Virus record (IMG/VR): IMGVR_UViG_3300022893_000001
Coordinates: 8,925 to 72,924 of that record
DNA from: a virus
Lineage: Duplodnaviria > Caudoviricetes
Length of the DNA stretch: 64,000 nucleotides
Reading direction: 5' to 3' (one strand)
Of this stretch, positions 46,061-54,881 are shown one piece after another. The first letter of the stretch is position 1. Each line of letters begins with the position of its first letter. The position numbers and the translations under genes are program-made. The notes under the pieces were generated by a model. The model searched no databases and had not been told where the DNA came from. It saw only the letters and a list, made by a program, of their open reading frames with translations.

Positions 46061-46258
46061 TCATCGGTCGCACTCGCAATCGGCCCAGCGCCTGGTGCAC
46101 TCCGGACACCAGACGCCCCAGGAGGGATCGTCAGCCGTCTGTGAGCCGCCTGTACCTGCCGCCTGTTGCGCCGCCGCCCGCGCAGCCGCGGCTTCCGCCG
46201 CCACCTCCTCGGCGAGCCGCTTCTTGTACTCGATAGCCTTGCGCTGCGCGAACGTCAT
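46061..46258 (-). CDS. Small protein with Cys tail (CPEC..CEC)
   Basis: ATGA overlap. Confidence 0.5.
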   Translation of the reverse strand: MTFAQRKAIEYKKRLAEEVAAEAAAARAAAQQAAGTGGSQTADDPSWGVWCPECTRRWADCECDR

Positions 46259-46482
46259 TTCCGCCGGCCCTCCTTCTTCTTCTCCGCCAGTTGGGCGCGC
46301 ACGATCACCTTGACTGCCAGGTCGTAGATGGCGTCATAACTCACGCTGAACCGCCGCCTGGTCCCCTTCTGGCGTAACTCAATGTGCCTGGGGTGAAGCT
46401 CCACCAGGAGCGGGCGAGATCGCCCGCCGTCCCTGATGCCTACCGCCGTTTCCCGTCTTACTACCTTATCGAGCCGCGTCAC
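46255..46482 (-). CDS. Small basic hypothetical protein
   Basis: GGAGG SD then GTG 46482. Confidence 0.55.
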   Translation of the reverse strand: MTRLDKVVRRETAVGIRDGGRSRPLLVELHPRHIELRQKGTRRRFSVSYDAIYDLAVKVIVRAQLAEKKKEGRRK

Positions 46483-46647
46483 TTGGGTTCCTCCATCTTC
46501 GGACGGTTCGGACATTCCATCCAATGCCGGCGCAGGATGCGATGGTAAACATCGGCCCCGCAGCCCCACCAGCACTTGGCCGTTAGTCCGGGGGGACAGC
46601 CGGTGTTATTCGGGTCGCCCGGCTTGCGCCCGCTCTTCTGTTTCTTC

Positions 46648-47073
46648 TTAGTCATATTGGTCCTCGGTTAGCTCGGCTTCGGGCTCCTCCTCGTCTGCGA
46701 AGTAGCCTGGCGGGATGTTATCGGGGTTGTCGAACTCTTCGAGCATGTCGCGCTCGATGTCTACCAGGTCGCTGTCGCCCACGGCGTTGCTGATGGCGTC
46801 GTCGAGGTCTTCGTACTCGCCGGTCGTGTCCCCGCAGTAGTCGCAGTTGCAGACGTAGCTGCCCGTGCCTACGCGCGCCACGCTGGGGATCGCCTGGAAG
46901 CCCCTAGCCTCCCGGTCGATAAAGTCGTCCGAGCGGTTGATGTGCTCGGACCATTCCACCTTGCCCGTCCGGTAGACGTGCAGCTTGTGCCAGTTGCGGT
47001 GGTGTTCGTGGGCGGAGTATTCGGGCGCAGCGGCGATCACCGCTTCGCGCGCCTGTTCGCGGAGCGTGCTCAT
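46648..47073 (-). CDS. Acidic hypothetical protein (CNCDYC)
   Basis: 141 aa in early-type array. Confidence 0.7.
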   Translation of the reverse strand: MSTLREQAREAVIAAAPEYSAHEHHRNWHKLHVYRTGKVEWSEHINRSDDFIDREARGFQAIPSVARVGTGSYVCNCDYCGDTTGEYEDLDDAISNAVGDSDLVDIERDMLEEFDNPDNIPPGYFADEEEPEAELTEDQYD

Positions 47074-47297
47074 GCGGTCTTCTCCGCGACGTCGTCGGGC
47101 TCCATGCCCATTTCGAGCAGCCTGGCGCGGGCCTCGCTGCGGCTCAACGGGGTTGTCTTGTTGGCGCGGTCCTGCCAGGCTCCGCGTTCGCCCCCGTTCT
47201 CGTCTCGAAAGAAGTAGTCCTCGCCGATTCGGACGACGGACTCGGTTGTGAATTCGTACTCTTGCGTAGCCAGTACGATGGCTTTGTCTTTTGCCAT
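47070..47297 (-). CDS. Hypothetical protein
   Basis: GAGGTGAGG SD. Confidence 0.7.
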   Translation of the reverse strand: MAKDKAIVLATQEYEFTTESVVRIGEDYFFRDENGGERGAWQDRANKTTPLSRSEARARLLEMGMEPDDVAEKTA

Positions 47298-47358
47298 AAC
47301 CTCACCTCGGGGAAAGAATCCCAGCGGAGCGCACTGTCACTGCGCCCTCCGCGACTCT

Positions 47359-47895
47359 CTACTTCTTTTGCTTTTGGATCAGCTTGGTCAGTCGGACCTG
47401 TTCGACCAGGTCAGCCGCTCGTTGCTCCTCTTGCTTCGCCCACTCCCACGGGGTTGCAGGGTTCGCTTTGTCCGGGATGCCAAACTCCGCCTTGACCATC
47501 GCCACGGCTCCGTAATAGCCGCGCGCCTCGCGCAAGGCATCCTCGTCTACCTGGCCGTTCGAGTTCACCGGGATCAGAGGCCGGTCGTCGTCGTCGGACG
47601 CGCGCACCTCCCACAACTCCCCGCCCAGCGCGGCAAACATGCCCGCGCTATAAGCCCCGCCGGCACTGTGATGGCCGAAAAACGAGATGCCCGCCTTGGC
47701 CCAGTCGGTCACCTCCTGGGCATGGCCGTAATTGGCGTCGCCGTCGTATAACTGGGTATAGAGTTCGGTTTCCTCCTGGATCGTGTCTTCGTCGTACCCG
47801 ACTTCGTCCACATTCACGCAAAGGCCGATATCCTCGGCCATCCGCTCTGCCTTCTTCGCTGGGGCATAAATCGTAAAGCTGCATCGGTCGCCCAT
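47359..47895 (-). CDS. Hypothetical protein
   Basis: GGAGGTG SD; TAATG coupling. Confidence 0.75.
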   Translation of the reverse strand: MGDRCSFTIYAPAKKAERMAEDIGLCVNVDEVGYDEDTIQEETELYTQLYDGDANYGHAQEVTDWAKAGISFFGHHSAGGAYSAGMFAALGGELWEVRASDDDDRPLIPVNSNGQVDEDALREARGYYGAVAMVKAEFGIPDKANPATPWEWAKQEEQRAADLVEQVRLTKLIQKQKK

Positions 47896-48197
47896 TACTT
47901 CACCTCCTGTTTTTCGAGTCTGATCTTGAACACGGAACTACCCATCTCGCCGTCGCCATAGCCCTCGCCGTCGCCGATTGTCATCGAACCCAGGACTTCC
48001 AGGTCGCCTTCGGCGAGTTCGACGGTGTCCATGTCGTAGCGGAGGTTATATTCCGCCGCTTGCTGCATGGCAAGGTACGTCACCGGGCTCCAACCGCCGC
48101 ACACGCTCTCGTCTTCGTAGATCTCCATCGCCAAATGGGTGTCGTCCGGGTCGCCCTCATAGGGACGCCAGGAAAGAATCGCCATGACTGCCGCCAT
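47895..48197 (-). CDS. Acidic hypothetical protein
   Basis: GGAGGTG SD; TAATG coupling. Confidence 0.7.
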   Translation of the reverse strand: MAAVMAILSWRPYEGDPDDTHLAMEIYEDESVCGGWSPVTYLAMQQAAEYNLRYDMDTVELAEGDLEVLGSMTIGDGEGYGDGEMGSSVFKIRLEKQEVK

Positions 48198-48700
48198 TAC
48201 TTCACCTCCGCTTTCGATATGTCCGTTGCCGCCGCCGGAACGTCCTCGTGGTCGAAGTCATCGACCTTGCCCCGGTAGCCGCACGCGACGCAGTAGGCCG
48301 GCGAGTCTCCGCCCCACTCGGTGTCCTGGCACTGGGCGTCATCCGTGGACGTCTCGATGTCGTCCTCATCGTGTTCGATCAGCCGCGCGTTGACCTGCAT
48401 CGTGATTTCAATGCGGTCAATGCGCTTGCACTTCGGACACCAGAAGCGCGTGAGCGGCTTGTGATCGCTCATCACCTCGCTTGCCGGTTCCGGCTGTTGA
48501 ATCCACTTTTCGAGCGACGTGAACGCTAGCGCCCACTCATCGAAGAACGCCTCCAGCGTGTTATACAGATCCGCCTCGCCAGGTTCGTTCGATACCTGGA
48601 TCACCGGCCCGCAGTCTATCGGTAGCTCGCGCAGGTAGACGGGCAGGACTTCGTTAAGCCCGTTCACTACCGTGCCGATTTGAAATTTGATGTTACTCAT
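48197..48700 (-). CDS. Acidic protein with two CxxC pairs
   Basis: GAGGTG SD then ATG 48700; CPKC...CVAC. Confidence 0.7.
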   Translation of the reverse strand: MSNIKFQIGTVVNGLNEVLPVYLRELPIDCGPVIQVSNEPGEADLYNTLEAFFDEWALAFTSLEKWIQQPEPASEVMSDHKPLTRFWCPKCKRIDRIEITMQVNARLIEHDEDDIETSTDDAQCQDTEWGGDSPAYCVACGYRGKVDDFDHEDVPAAATDISKAEVK

Positions 48701-48918
48701 CGCTTCACCTCTAATTTGAATTGCCAATCCTCGGATAATGCGCGGTTCCGCTGGCTCACATAGAAGCCGGCATCCTCGCGCGATAACTGAAACTCGCTCA
48801 TGAAATAATCGGCCAACTCTTGATCGGTCGAAGATTCATCGTTCACGAGTGCCATCGCAATTAAATCGGCGCGCTCGCGCGCCAGTACGGCACTCGCCCG
48901 GTGGGCTGGTATCTTCAT
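48697..48918 (-). CDS. Hypothetical protein
   Basis: GGAGG SD, ATG 48918. Confidence 0.6.
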   Translation of the reverse strand: MKIPAHRASAVLARERADLIAMALVNDESSTDQELADYFMSEFQLSREDAGFYVSQRNRALSEDWQFKLEVKR

Positions 48919-49157
48919 CGCTCCCATGCCTCCCGAATCAATTCGCCTTCGCCGTCGTTGGCCTCCACCGGCTCGACTTCGATTACCTCCCATTGGTAGG
49001 CGGCACGCGCCTCGGTGCGCTCGCGCTTAGTGGGCTCCAGTGCCACCATCTCGCGTTTCCACTCGCGCGCCCACGTCTCCGCCTTGCGCTTCGAAGTGAA
49101 CTCATAGGGGAATGTGTCGCAAGCGTGGCCGTTATCCCAATACACCTTGTAGGTCAC
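48915..49157 (-). CDS. Hypothetical protein
   Basis: GGAGG SD, GTG 49157. Confidence 0.6.
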   Translation of the reverse strand: MTYKVYWDNGHACDTFPYEFTSKRKAETWAREWKREMVALEPTKRERTEARAAYQWEVIEVEPVEANDGEGELIREAWER

Positions 49158-49486
49158 CGCTTGGCCTCCAACTGGGCCCGGCACGCCTCATAGAGCAAGG
49201 CGCGAAACGCGAGATAGCCCGCCTGGTTCAGCGTGTCCACAACCGCCGCATAGCGGTTGTCTTCTTCGATCCAGAGCAAGTCGAGCCCGCCCGAATAGTC
49301 GCAAGGCGGGGACTCTTTAATCCAGATGACGGCTAACTCCTGGGCCCGGTCTTTGAGCGTCTGGATAGCGTACTCGCTCAACCATTCCGGTTGATTGCAT
49401 GGGTTGTTCGGACAATCCCGGTGATGGTCCGACTGATCGTCCTGAATGAACATGCCGCAGTTGCAGTCAACCTTATTCCTCTTCAT
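49154..49486 (-). CDS. Hypothetical protein with N-terminal Cys/His cluster
   Basis: CNCG...HHRDCP..PC. Confidence 0.6.
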   Translation of the reverse strand: MKRNKVDCNCGMFIQDDQSDHHRDCPNNPCNQPEWLSEYAIQTLKDRAQELAVIWIKESPPCDYSGGLDLLWIEEDNRYAAVVDTLNQAGYLAFRALLYEACRAQLEAKR

Positions 49487-49670
49487 GGAAGCCCCACTCG
49501 CCCACGGTGTTACCGTTCGCGTCCCGGATCTTGCCTTCGTCGTTCCGGTCGAAGTCGGTGCGCCTCGCCAGTTGTTTCAATGCCAGGGCTACGTCGTCGC
49601 GCGATTGCATGGCGTCGTTGCCCATTTCGATTTGGAGTCGGAATACTACCGTTGCTCGTTTGATTCTCAT
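49473..49670 (-). CDS. Hypothetical protein
   Basis: GAGGTG SD; G.IRD.NGNTVG.W pattern. Confidence 0.7.
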   Translation of the reverse strand: MRIKRATVVFRLQIEMGNDAMQSRDDVALALKQLARRTDFDRNDEGKIRDANGNTVGEWGFHEEE

Positions 49671-49682
49671 CGCTCGTCACCT

Positions 49683-49925
49683 CTAACCTTTCTTCCACTG
49701 CGCCACTTCTAGACTGGTCAACTCAGGGATGGCAGACATAGAAACCTCCGCCGCCCCCGAGCCAATCCAGTCTTCAAAAAGATCCTCCCGGACCTTGATA
49801 ATGAGCCAAGCGGGAATGCCTGTAATGGGCGCGGCCACCCGCTCCCCGCTTTCTACGTCGATCACTAACAATGTGTAGTGCCGAGCGAGTGCAATGCAGT
49901 CGATGCGTACCTTTTGAACTGCCAT
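49683..49925 (-). CDS. Hypothetical protein
   Basis: GAGGTG SD. Confidence 0.65.
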   Translation of the reverse strand: MAVQKVRIDCIALARHYTLLVIDVESGERVAAPITGIPAWLIIKVREDLFEDWIGSGAAEVSMSAIPELTSLEVAQWKKG

Positions 49926-49977
49926 CTTTCACCTCGAAACCAACTTATCCCGGCTCCGCCAAGAGCCTTACCACTTG

Positions 49978-50020
49978 AGCATGACACGAGCAACTACACC
50001 GCGCAACTTTATTTTCAAAT
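49978..50020 (-). promoter_or_regulatory. Sigma70-like promoter TTGCGC-N17-CATGCT with A/T-rich UP element
   Basis: Minus-strand TTGCGC 50006-50001; CATGCT 49983-49978; ATTTGAAAATAAAG immediately upstream. Confidence 0.5.
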
Positions 50021-50038
50021 CCGCGGTGGAGCTCTGGA

Positions 50039-50096
50039 TCAGCCGTCTGTCAGCCGCCTGCGCGCGCCACTTCAGCCGTCTGTCAGCCGCCTGCGC
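50039..50096. repeat. Two 25-bp direct repeats TCAGCCGTCTGTCAGCCGCCTGCGC
   Basis: Exact copies at 50039-50063 and 50072-50096; near-copy at 46131-46152. Confidence 0.9.
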
Positions 50097-50177
50097 CCGC
50101 CCGGCGGGCCGGCTCCGCCGGCCGCGCGGCCTGGGCCGGGGCCCGGCGGGAGCCCTCGCCCCCGCCCGCCCGCCCGC

Positions 50178-50447
50178 CTACTTGCGCCACCGGCACGGCA
50201 CTTGCCCGGTCGCGCACTTCGCGGCAAACTCTCGCCGCGCTCGCGCCTCGGCGCGCTCGAAAGCTACCGCCTCGGCTGCGGCTTCCTCCGCCGCTTCGCA
50301 CTCTGAATCGGTCGCGCATCCGCCGAGCGTGCGCACCTGGGCCGGCGGAGGGGCTCGGCGGGAACCCCCCGCCGCCGTCCAACCCGCCGCCGCCATCAGG
50401 ACCGCGCCCGCGATCAGGACCAACCACTCGCGCCAACGGGAACTCAT
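50178..50447 (-). CDS. Small membrane-anchored/secreted protein with CATDSECE motif
   Basis: Hydrophobic N-terminus; GGAGG-like SD. Confidence 0.6.
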   Translation of the reverse strand: MSSRWREWLVLIAGAVLMAAAGWTAAGGSRRAPPPAQVRTLGGCATDSECEAAEEAAAEAVAFERAEARARREFAAKCATGQVPCRWRK

Positions 50448-50641
50448 ACCGCCGTCCCCCCGATGCCTTTGAACAGTTCGCCTGGGTCAAGTTCAAGCTC
50501 CAAAACGACACGCGCGGGCCTGGAGTCGTTCGCCAGGCGCATAATCGCGAGCCGCATGTCCAGGTGCACGTCGCCCCCGGTATGGAACCCAAGATCCTCC
50601 AGAGTCGCGAGCGCGTTGTCTAACGCCTCCCGGATTCTCAC
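50444..50641 (-). CDS. Hypothetical protein, paralog of N-terminus of 52669-53013
   Basis: GTGA overlap; IREALDNALATLEDLGFHTGGDVH. Confidence 0.65.
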   Translation of the reverse strand: MRIREALDNALATLEDLGFHTGGDVHLDMRLAIMRLANDSRPARVVLELELDPGELFKGIGGTAV

Positions 50642-50874
50642 GGGGCCACCATGAGCAGAACTTCCTCGGCTCCGTACACTTTCGACTCGCCGCAGGACTC
50701 GCACTCCCCGCCGCGCGTGTCGGGCTCGTACCCGCTGAAATGCTGGGCTCCGCAACCCAGGCAGTAACTGACGTATTCGGTCCCGAACATGCTCGTTCGA
50801 ACCGCTTGCATGAGTTCGTCCAAGTCAATCTTGGAAGCCGCCTCACGCGCGTTAAATTTGGCCTTCTGAGCCAT
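50638..50874 (-). CDS. Zinc-ribbon protein (CLGC..EPD..CESC)
   Basis: GAGGTG SD; two CxxC. Confidence 0.75.
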   Translation of the reverse strand: MAQKAKFNAREAASKIDLDELMQAVRTSMFGTEYVSYCLGCGAQHFSGYEPDTRGGECESCGESKVYGAEEVLLMVAP

Positions 50875-50956
50875 CACTACACCTCGACTATGGGAAAGTA
50901 TCCCCCCGGACCATCGCGCGCCCCCAGTGGAACGCGCGGGCCCGAAGTCACACTCT

Positions 50957-51250
50957 CTAGATGTCACAGCAACCGCAACAGGGCGCATCTTCGCATCGTC
51001 CCCGCCGGTTGCGCGTGAAGGTTTGCCCGTCGCCGAAGGTCACCACATTGACCTCCGCCCCGGCTCGCCGGTACGGCCAACGCGAGCCCGCCGCAGCCGC
51101 TCGTCCCCGCCGCCCCTGAGCCACGAGCACGCGAGCCGCGCCCGCCTGGTCCTCAGGGAGTAACCAGCCCTTCTGGCCGGCGTCCCATTCGCCCCCCATC
51201 GCGCGCAACTGGGCCCGGTGCGGGTAAGTGTCGCCCGTTATCAGGATCAC
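50957..51250 (-). CDS. Phage protein with ITGDTYP...W and RCEDAPCCGCC motifs
   Basis: GAGGTG SD then GTG 51250. Confidence 0.7.
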   Translation of the reverse strand: MILITGDTYPHRAQLRAMGGEWDAGQKGWLLPEDQAGAARVLVAQGRRGRAAAAGSRWPYRRAGAEVNVVTFGDGQTFTRNRRGRCEDAPCCGCCDI

Positions 51251-51555
51251 GCCGCACCTCCCCGGTTCATCGTGAGAGCCTCTTGCAGTTCGCTCTCGTG
51301 ACACGATAGATCCCCGCAAACGCATAGGCCCGTTTCCTGCATACCGTGCGCCTGTGGGCGCGCTACGGGCCCATAGAGCACCTCTACCAGGTCAAGCCCG
51401 CCGGGCCGGTTCATCGACCCATCCCGCCACGCGATCCACCGCAACGGCCACGGTCCCGGCTCGCGCTCGCAAATTATGCCGGCGTCAATGTCGCCCCAGC
51501 CGTTCCAGTCAACGTGCGTGCCAACGGGCAACGCATCGAAAGTCTCGAATGTCAT
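51247..51555 (-). CDS. Hypothetical protein
   Basis: GAGGTGAGG SD then ATG 51555. Confidence 0.6.
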   Translation of the reverse strand: MTFETFDALPVGTHVDWNGWGDIDAGIICEREPGPWPLRWIAWRDGSMNRPGGLDLVEVLYGPVARPQAHGMQETGLCVCGDLSCHESELQEALTMNRGGAA

Positions 51556-51569
51556 AACCTCACCTCTCC

Positions 51570-51743
51570 CTATTTCCAACCGAATAACCAGCACGCCATG
51601 CGCCAGCAAATTAAACCGCCGATCCCCAGGCATAGCAGATTCCATGCCATTTGGAATAAGAAACAAACGCCCATCACGATGAACATAGCCGCCATAGCCA
51701 GGAAGCCCGCCACCTTGCCAATTACGTCAATAACAACTCTCAT
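51570..51743 (-). CDS. 57-aa hydrophobic two-TM protein (below ORF-track cutoff)
   Basis: GAGGTG SD; MRVVIDVIGKVAGFLAMAAMFIVMGVCFLFQMAWNLLCLGIGGLICWRMACWLFGWK. Confidence 0.6.
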   Translation of the reverse strand: MRVVIDVIGKVAGFLAMAAMFIVMGVCFLFQMAWNLLCLGIGGLICWRMACWLFGWK

Positions 51744-51828
51744 GCTTTCACCTCAACCTTTACCGCGATAGATTCGCGCCGGGCTCCCTCCGCTCACACT
51801 GCGGAGTGAACCCATGCGAGCCCGCCGC

Positions 51829-52317
51829 CTAGCGCCCCTGTTCGATCACCGTGCCAATGGTGTAGGACTCGCGCGCCTCTTCCATGTACTCGGAGATCAT
51901 CGCTTCGTCGTCGCGATCCTCTCCGCCTGGGTGCGCGGCTTCGTATTGCTCCGCCCCGCCGTTCTCGCACACGTATGAGAGCAACGCCCAGGTTGCCGCC
52001 GCCTCTGAATCGTGCAGAGTGACGCGAGCGGGAAGTCCCCGCCCGCCATCCCCGCCGCTAATCGACAGCGCCCACTTGAGCGACGCATACGGCCCCCGGC
52101 TACAGTGCCGCAACGGTAGGAAGCGCACGCCTTCCCCCAGTTGCATCAGGAATTCTTCGAACGACACCGGGAGCGTATACGCTCCCCCGTTCGCCGGGTC
52201 AACGGCCCGGTTGAATCCCGGCTGGTCCTGAATTTCCCACAGTAGGCGCATGGCCTGGGTAAACTGCGCCTCCATCTGGACAGGCGTCATGCCGCGCTTA
52301 GATAATGGCGTCGCCAT
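51829..52317 (-). CDS. Hypothetical protein
   Basis: GAGGAG SD, ATG 52317. Confidence 0.65.
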   Translation of the reverse strand: MATPLSKRGMTPVQMEAQFTQAMRLLWEIQDQPGFNRAVDPANGGAYTLPVSFEEFLMQLGEGVRFLPLRHCSRGPYASLKWALSISGGDGGRGLPARVTLHDSEAAATWALLSYVCENGGAEQYEAAHPGGEDRDDEAMISEYMEEARESYTIGTVIEQGR

Positions 52318-52319
52318 GT

Positions 52320-52667
52320 TTAGTACTCCTCGGCGAGCATGATCGTTAACACGCGCGTCGTTACGCCTGGGTTCGCCGGGTCGTCGCTCCCGTATTCGAG
52401 CCCTTTGTCGTAATAGTCGATTTTCCAGTTGACCTTGCCGGCCCCGGCTTGATCGAACGAGCCGAAGTCCCGCTCCCCGTAAGGATCGTTTTTCTCGCTG
52501 AACTGATCGAACAGTTCGACCCGCTCGCGTATCCTCGACTGCACCGCATCCGGCAACGCCCGTATACCAGGCGTCACAACCACTTTCGAGCAAACGCCCA
52601 TAGCCGTTCGCGCCAAATCGTTTAGCTTGGCGATCGCGTGCGCGTCTCGCTTTGATGCCGCCGCCAT
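52320..52667 (-). CDS. DUF3768-domain protein
   Basis: IA.LND..R..NDPYGERDFG..WKIDYYD..S.DPA.P..T.RVLTIMLAEEY. Confidence 0.9.
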   Translation of the reverse strand: MAAASKRDAHAIAKLNDLARTAMGVCSKVVVTPGIRALPDAVQSRIRERVELFDQFSEKNDPYGERDFGSFDQAGAGKVNWKIDYYDKGLEYGSDDPANPGVTTRVLTIMLAEEY

Positions 52668-52668
52668 G

Positions 52669-53013
52669 TTATTGTTTCTCCCGAAATTCGCGGTAGTCCA
52701 CGAGAATGTCGTCGTCGCCGGCCATCTTGGCGAAATAATCTTCCGGGTCATCCGGTCCCCAGATGTACGTCTGGATATCTTCCGGGTCATCCGCCGGGAA
52801 CTGCAAGCGGAGCATGGCTTCGACCTCGTCTAGCGTGCGCTCGCAATAGAGCCCGGTCCCCATCACCTCATCCGCCGGCATGGCCGCGCGATCAAGCCGC
52901 CGGATAGCCGCCGCCAAGTCATCGTGAATGTCGCCCCCGGCTGTATAGCCGAGCGTCTCCAGAGCCGTTAGCGCGTTTTTGAGCCCGTCGCGCACGGTCA
53001 TATTCGTCGTCAT
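52669..53013 (-). CDS. Hypothetical protein
   Basis: GAGGTG SD; acidic C-terminus. Confidence 0.7.
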   Translation of the reverse strand: MTTNMTVRDGLKNALTALETLGYTAGGDIHDDLAAAIRRLDRAAMPADEVMGTGLYCERTLDEVEAMLRLQFPADDPEDIQTYIWGPDDPEDYFAKMAGDDDILVDYREFREKQ

Positions 53014-53094
53014 CAAATCACCTCAACTTTGAAATTGGGAAAGAATCCCGCCGCTGAAAGGCCCGGCTTCCACCGGGCCCGCTCGCGCGACTCT

Positions 53095-53418
53095 TTAGCC
53101 AAATAGAAACGTCGCCATTGAACCCATGACCATATTCCCCACCTGGAATAGCGGGCCCTCGTCGCCCCAGTTGCCGTAGGCGTCCCGGTAGGCTTTCACT
53201 ACCAGGCGGTAGCCCTCCAGAGCGCCCCGGATCGAGGTGTCCAGTTCCGAGCCCGGCTCCACCTCGACAAACGCCCGCTGGAATTCCGGGTCGCCGTCTA
53301 TGAGCGACTCCAGAACCCCGTCTACCTCATAGGGCCCGATCTGATATTTGATGACGGGCACGCCGTCGCCATAGCCCCAGTCAAGCCCGCCAGTTACTAA
53401 CTCTGTACCTTGATCCAT
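53095..53418 (-). CDS. Hypothetical protein
   Basis: AGGAG SD. Confidence 0.65.
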   Translation of the reverse strand: MDQGTELVTGGLDWGYGDGVPVIKYQIGPYEVDGVLESLIDGDPEFQRAFVEVEPGSELDTSIRGALEGYRLVVKAYRDAYGNWGDEGPLFQVGNMVMGSMATFLFG

Positions 53419-53669
53419 GAGAGTTTCTCCTGTTCTTTCTCGACACTGCCCCAGGCGCGCCCGGCCACGGTTGCCGCCATCGTGCGCACACTCGACAGTT
53501 CGACCCAGGCTGTCCCGTCGCCGGCCACCGGCTGAATTAACAGCCGATTCTTTCCCCAGGACACCTTGACGTCTTTAACGACACAATCTATCCAGAGGTC
53601 GCCGGCCCGCAACTGCACCGGCTGACCCACGGCTATGCTCATCTCGTTCGCTGTGTAACGGGCGCTCAT
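53397..53669 (-). CDS. Small beta-barrel (SH3-like) protein
   Basis: DVKVSWG..RLLIQPVAGDG.AWV. Confidence 0.6.
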   Translation of the reverse strand: MSARYTANEMSIAVGQPVQLRAGDLWIDCVVKDVKVSWGKNRLLIQPVAGDGTAWVELSSVRTMAATVAGRAWGSVEKEQEKLSWIKVQS

Positions 53670-54154
53670 TTCGACGCCTCCGCCCACTGCGCAGTCTGGA
53701 GGTAGCCCGCCCAGTGCGCCATTGCCCGCTCGCGCGTGCCGTGCAGTTCATGCGTGCCAAACGGCCCGCCCTCCATCCGCCAGTGGTCCCCGGACCGGGT
53801 CAGAGCCAGCGACACCCCGCCCCGTTGCGCCACGGCTTCTAACGTGCGCTGCGCGGCGTTCATGTAGATCCCCGCCGCCCAGTCGGATATCACGTCAAGG
53901 TTGGTGCACTCCGCCGCTATCGGGGACGTGTGCGAAATGAAGGGTTGATTCCCCTCCGCCCAGTCGCGCTCGGTTGCGTAGATATCCGCGCCCCAGTTGC
54001 AATCATCGACGCCGAAGGTCACCACCGGGAACCGCTCGTCTATGCGGGCATCCGCCCCGCCCACCGCGATAAATCCCGGATACTCAAACGTCGCCGGGAG
54101 CCCGCGCTTGACGAGTTCGTCAGTCACGGCTTGCACAAGTTCTAGAGTCTTCAT
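53666..54154 (-). CDS. Hypothetical protein
   Basis: GAGGTG SD, ATG 54154. Confidence 0.65.
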   Translation of the reverse strand: MKTLELVQAVTDELVKRGLPATFEYPGFIAVGGADARIDERFPVVTFGVDDCNWGADIYATERDWAEGNQPFISHTSPIAAECTNLDVISDWAAGIYMNAAQRTLEAVAQRGGVSLALTRSGDHWRMEGGPFGTHELHGTRERAMAHWAGYLQTAQWAEASK

Positions 54155-54252
54155 AACTATCCTTTTCACCTCGAAATTTGCGCCCTTCAAATCTGCGATA
54201 GAGTCGCACTTGATCCCGGCGGAGTCACACTCCCCGCCGGGCCCTTGCAAAC

Positions 54253-54498
54253 CTACAGCGGGTGCACGCGATCCGCCGGCCACTTAGCCTTTGCGGCTTC
54301 CCACAACTCAACCGCATCCGGCTCCGCCAAACCAGCCCCCAGGTAGAGCCCGCGCAACTCGGCGTAACGCATCCGGTTCGCGACGCTCTCCCGGACATCC
54401 GCCGGGCCCGCCTGGTACCAGAACCACGCGCCCGCCGCTACCATCTCGGCGCGCATCCGCCCCAGGTCCATCCGCCGGTCCTCCGCGCGCGCCTTCAC
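54253..54498 (-). CDS. Hypothetical protein
   Basis: GGAGGTG SD, GTG 54498. Confidence 0.55.
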   Translation of the reverse strand: MKARAEDRRMDLGRMRAEMVAAGAWFWYQAGPADVRESVANRMRYAELRGLYLGAGLAEPDAVELWEAAKAKWPADRVHPL

Positions 54499-54800
54499 TT
54501 GGACACCTCCGCCACCTTGGCCGGCGCGCTCTTCTGAGCCCACGCCCCGTTACCCTTCGACGCCTTCACGCCTTCACACTCGCTATCGGTCGCACAAGCC
54601 GCCGCCGCGCGCCAGCAACGCTTGCACTCATGCAAGCCATGCTTGATCGCCTCCGCCCGCTCAGCGTGCAACTGGTGAGCCTTGCCGCCGCGCGTGCTGC
54701 ACGTCACCGTCTTGTGGAACGCCTTGCTCGCGTTGCCGAAATGCACCGTTTCGGCGAGCATCCCCGCCGCCATCACCAGCCCTAACAGAACCGTCTTCAT
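54495..54800 (-). CDS. Small secreted protein with Ada-like metal-binding pattern and CATDSECE motif
   Basis: Signal-peptide-like start; FH...C...EA..HG..ECKRC. Confidence 0.65.
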   Translation of the reverse strand: MKTVLLGLVMAAGMLAETVHFGNASKAFHKTVTCSTRGGKAHQLHAERAEAIKHGLHECKRCWRAAAACATDSECEGVKASKGNGAWAQKSAPAKVAEVSK

Positions 54801-54881
54801 TTCACTTTCACCTCAACTAAGAAATTCGGGAAAGATTCCCGCTCGGCGCGCCCCAGTCGGGATGCGCCTAGCGTGAGCCTG

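Noticed and set aside
47301-54870. CRISPR mini-array interpretation of the repeated GGGAAAGWWTCCC motif
   Set aside because: Copies are kilobases apart with genes between them, not 30-40-bp spacers; no cas genes
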